NCBI RefSeq assembly: GCF_036971445.1
Contig: NC_091471.1
Location: 263,934,001-263,998,000 of the forward strand
Direction of reading: 5' to 3'
DNA length: 64,000 nt
Origin: Narcine bancroftii
Taxonomy: Eukaryota
Part shown: positions 61,240 through 64,000 of the stretch, in pieces
Numbering within the stretch: position 1 is the stretch's first letter
Layout: every line of letters starts with the position of its first letter
The notes under the pieces: model-generated
Database searches by the model: none
What the model was told of the DNA's origin: nothing
Seen by the model: only the letters and a program-made list of their open reading frames with translations
Program-made: the position numbers and the translations under genes

Positions 61240-61793
61240 TTCTGAATTACATATTCTCCAGATAAATTAGCAACAACTTTTAATTCTCTTTTTTTTTGGG
61301 CCTATTGCACAACCCAGATTCCCTGGGTTCCACCAAAGGGCCCCAAGCTCTAAAACTCCTCAGACCTCCTTGTCCATCTTCCAGTACACACCCTCTAACC
61401 AAACTTTCAGATTTTATCATGCCTCATTTTCAAATTTTCCTGAAGTTGATCTGTGAGATCAAGAGATTTTACAAATGAACATCTGATATCGTGAAATGAC
61501 ATTTGACAACCCTTCAATTTAGACCATGGAATTGAATTCATAATGGACCTGAACTACTATATCAGGTACACAGATGACTTTTGAAAATTCTCAAACATGA
61601 TATGAATTATAGTAAAGTGTTTCTGAGTTACATATTCTCCAGATAAATTAACAACAACTTCTAATTCTCTTTTTTTTTTTTACTTATTGCACAACCCAGA
61701 TTCCCTGTAATGCATCGCATCCACCAATGGGTGCCAAGCTCTAAAACTCCTCAGACCTCTTTGTCCATCTTCCAATATACACCCTCTAACCAA
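61240..61793. repeat. Imperfect ~165-bp direct repeat (61240-61402 and 61621-61793) in a CERS4 intron
   Basis: TTACATATTCTCCAGATAAATTA...CCAAGCTCTAAAACTCCTCAGACCTC...CCCTCTAACCAA occurs twice. Confidence 0.9.
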
Positions 61794-62752
61794 TCAGATC
61801 CATCAGTGGCTTCACTAACATTGAAGAATGGTTTTCTTTAAGGGCATCATGGATGAAGGGGGTTGGGAAGTGTAAAGGGAAGATGAAGAGCTCACAGAAA
61901 GAGCCAGTTGATCTCTAAATAAGTGTCACAATGTATTCCTTGGAAATTATCAAATTCTTGGGGTATTGGTGATACACCAAACAGCAGGTGTTCATGAAGA
62001 TAGATCAGGTATTAAAACTTAAATTGTCCCCTCAAAATACCCAACTCTTAAAGCACCTTTTCCAGTGTCACGTCTCCATACATTATTCTGTAGCTCAGCC
62101 TATTTTACTTTTAAGAATGTATTAGTGAACCAATGACACCAATCATTTCTGCTCTTCCTTCAACTTCCCAAAACTTAACCCACAGCAGTCAGCAAACCTG
62201 GTACAAACCTGTAATCACTGCAACCACATTTCCAATCAGTAAAGTATAATAGTTTACTTTGGACAGTGCCCTACTAGAGTCCCATCCATAATACTTCTTT
62301 TGGCTATTTCCCCCTCCCCCCCCCCCCGGGGTTAAGGTTTACTCTGTTAACTAGTTAGTTGGTTAAACAAAGTTAATCATATTTTTATTATATTAAAACA
62401 CACCAATACAGTTTTATTAGCCATGAGAGATGAGTGTTTACATTTGCACAAGCATTCAGTGCACACATACTTCTGTCACACGGAAAAAACTTGCACACAA
62501 GATTTTTGCACACGCTGACTGCTAAAAATGGTTTACGGGCCCCCTTCCCTAAGAAGCAGTCAAATCAAGTTTTCGTTTCTTCCATACTTTTCTCCTACTG
62601 ACTACATAAAAAAACAATGTTACATGAGGTACAAACCATAATCAATAATCTTAACATAGATTATGAACAGCCAAATTTTCAGTCTGATCCTATCTGACAA
62701 ATAGGCAGAACCCCTTGACAACCTGTGGGATAGGAGTATATCCTAAGCTCAC

Positions 62753-62881
62753 CTCCATTATGTAATCAGATGCATCGTGGATCACCATCACCAAGGTCCC
62801 CACTCGGATGTAGTTTGCACAGTATGAAAAGCCAATCAGAAAGATGGTAGCAATGTGGTGAACAATCTGCTCCTTGAAGTC
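62753..62881 (-). CDS. CERS4: Ceramide synthase exon with the Lag1p motif (DFKEQIVHHIAT...IHDASDYIME); upstream exons lie right of the window
   Basis: Catalytic HH and HD..D residues; 129 nt; ctgcag|GAC...GAG|gtgagc. The paralogue call uses sequence plus linkage to LSM7/SPPL2B (human 19p13). Confidence 0.92.
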
Positions 62882-64000
62882 CTGCAGCAAAGGAAGAACT
62901 TATAATTAAAAATATTATCAATTCAAAGAAAAGCAAGCAGAGCACACTGCTCTTTGGATGGAACTTTAATCACATTGAAACCAGCCAGTCTCCATTGAGT
63001 GGCTCAGATTCCATACATTAAAGATGTTAGAAATAAAAAAAATTGAAATACTTTAGGTCAGCTTCACTCAATGCAGACTATTTCAGTGCAATTCCCAAAA
63101 ATCCTTAGGAAATTGTTTAAATTCAGGTGAAAACCAACAAGAGAGAATTCCTGTACATCACAAACTTTATAAATTCAGGAACTTGCATTTGTATAGCACA
63201 CTGGAATTTTGCTGGGAGATGCTGGAACAAGACACTTTTTTTCTCTTTTTTTATTGTTTTGCATTTTAAAATTCAAAATCCTGTGGCTTTTAACCAGTCC
63301 TATCTCAACTGCATTTTCAAACTTTGTTTAGGTCAGGAACTGGCATGACCGAGCCTCTTGCTTATGGCTTTCACACCAGTGGGATTTAAAAATTAAGTTC
63401 AGCTGTGAACATAATTAAAAGTTTTTATTTACGAAGGCCAATGTGGATTGCTATGTTCAAGTGTTAAGGTATTTTAAGTTCCAAATTATTTCTAAATTGG
63501 TTATTAATCTCATCCTGGTGGCTTGTTCAGAGGACCTTGATCCAACCTTTTAGGCTCAAGTCACTAAAATCCTCCAAAATTAATGCCAATGAAGGTTTAT
63601 TGAGAAGTTAGAGTGTAATCAATCTATGGATAATTGCAAATACTCAGCATCAGCCCACCGTCATCCACATTGATCTAGGGCAGGAACGGAGACCAAGATC
63701 CACTCATTTACTCATCTCTCTGTGGTATGATACTAAAGCAGGAAAGTGAACACAAGTTCTCTCCTCCTTAGAATCACAAGAGGTCTTGATCAATAGAAAC
63801 TCATCTTGACTGGAGAGGTTAAACATTGGCTTCCAAATGACAGGGGGTATGAACCGTACATTAGCAAATCATAGTTGCCTTCACAAGAGAAGCAGCAAAA
63901 AGTTATTTAATTTAGGATAAAAGCATTTTAAAAAAACATAATTGAATAATGGATTGATTCATGGATTCAGAGTTAATGTACTGCATCATATCAGACTGAG

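Overview
Eukaryotic vertebrate genomic DNA with no prokaryotic features. The repeat mix (fish-type L1, CR1, Rex1/Babar, RTE, Penelope-like elements, tRNA- and 5S-derived SINEs) points to a cartilaginous fish, which is an inference. Genes reconstructed by hand from splice sites and reading frames: (1) SPPL2B exon 1 on the - strand, head-to-head with (2) a complete 4-exon LSM7 on + (103 aa) across a ~200 bp bidirectional CpG promoter; (3) a complete 3-exon BTB-BACK-Kelch gene resembling KLHL23 on + (547 aa); (4) the last four coding exons and 3'UTR of a ceramide synthase, probably CERS4, on -. Most of the rest is nested transposable elements. The most unusual items are an apparently young L1 with intact ORF1 but almost no ORF2 (poly-A and TSD present), a 451-bp perfect-looking inverted duplication in the Kelch gene intron, many Penelope-derived minimal hammerhead-ribozyme motifs often in inverted pairs, a 5S-headed SINE, a composite hAT MITE, a 1.1-kb G-rich compound VNTR next to the bidirectional promoter, a possible decayed multi-exon gene at 22.4-34.4 kb and an orphan CpG-island promoter at 41.5-42 kb. 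No database searches were run; family names come from motif recognition. I found no evidence for a wholly new biological system, and the top candidates are variations on known phenomena.
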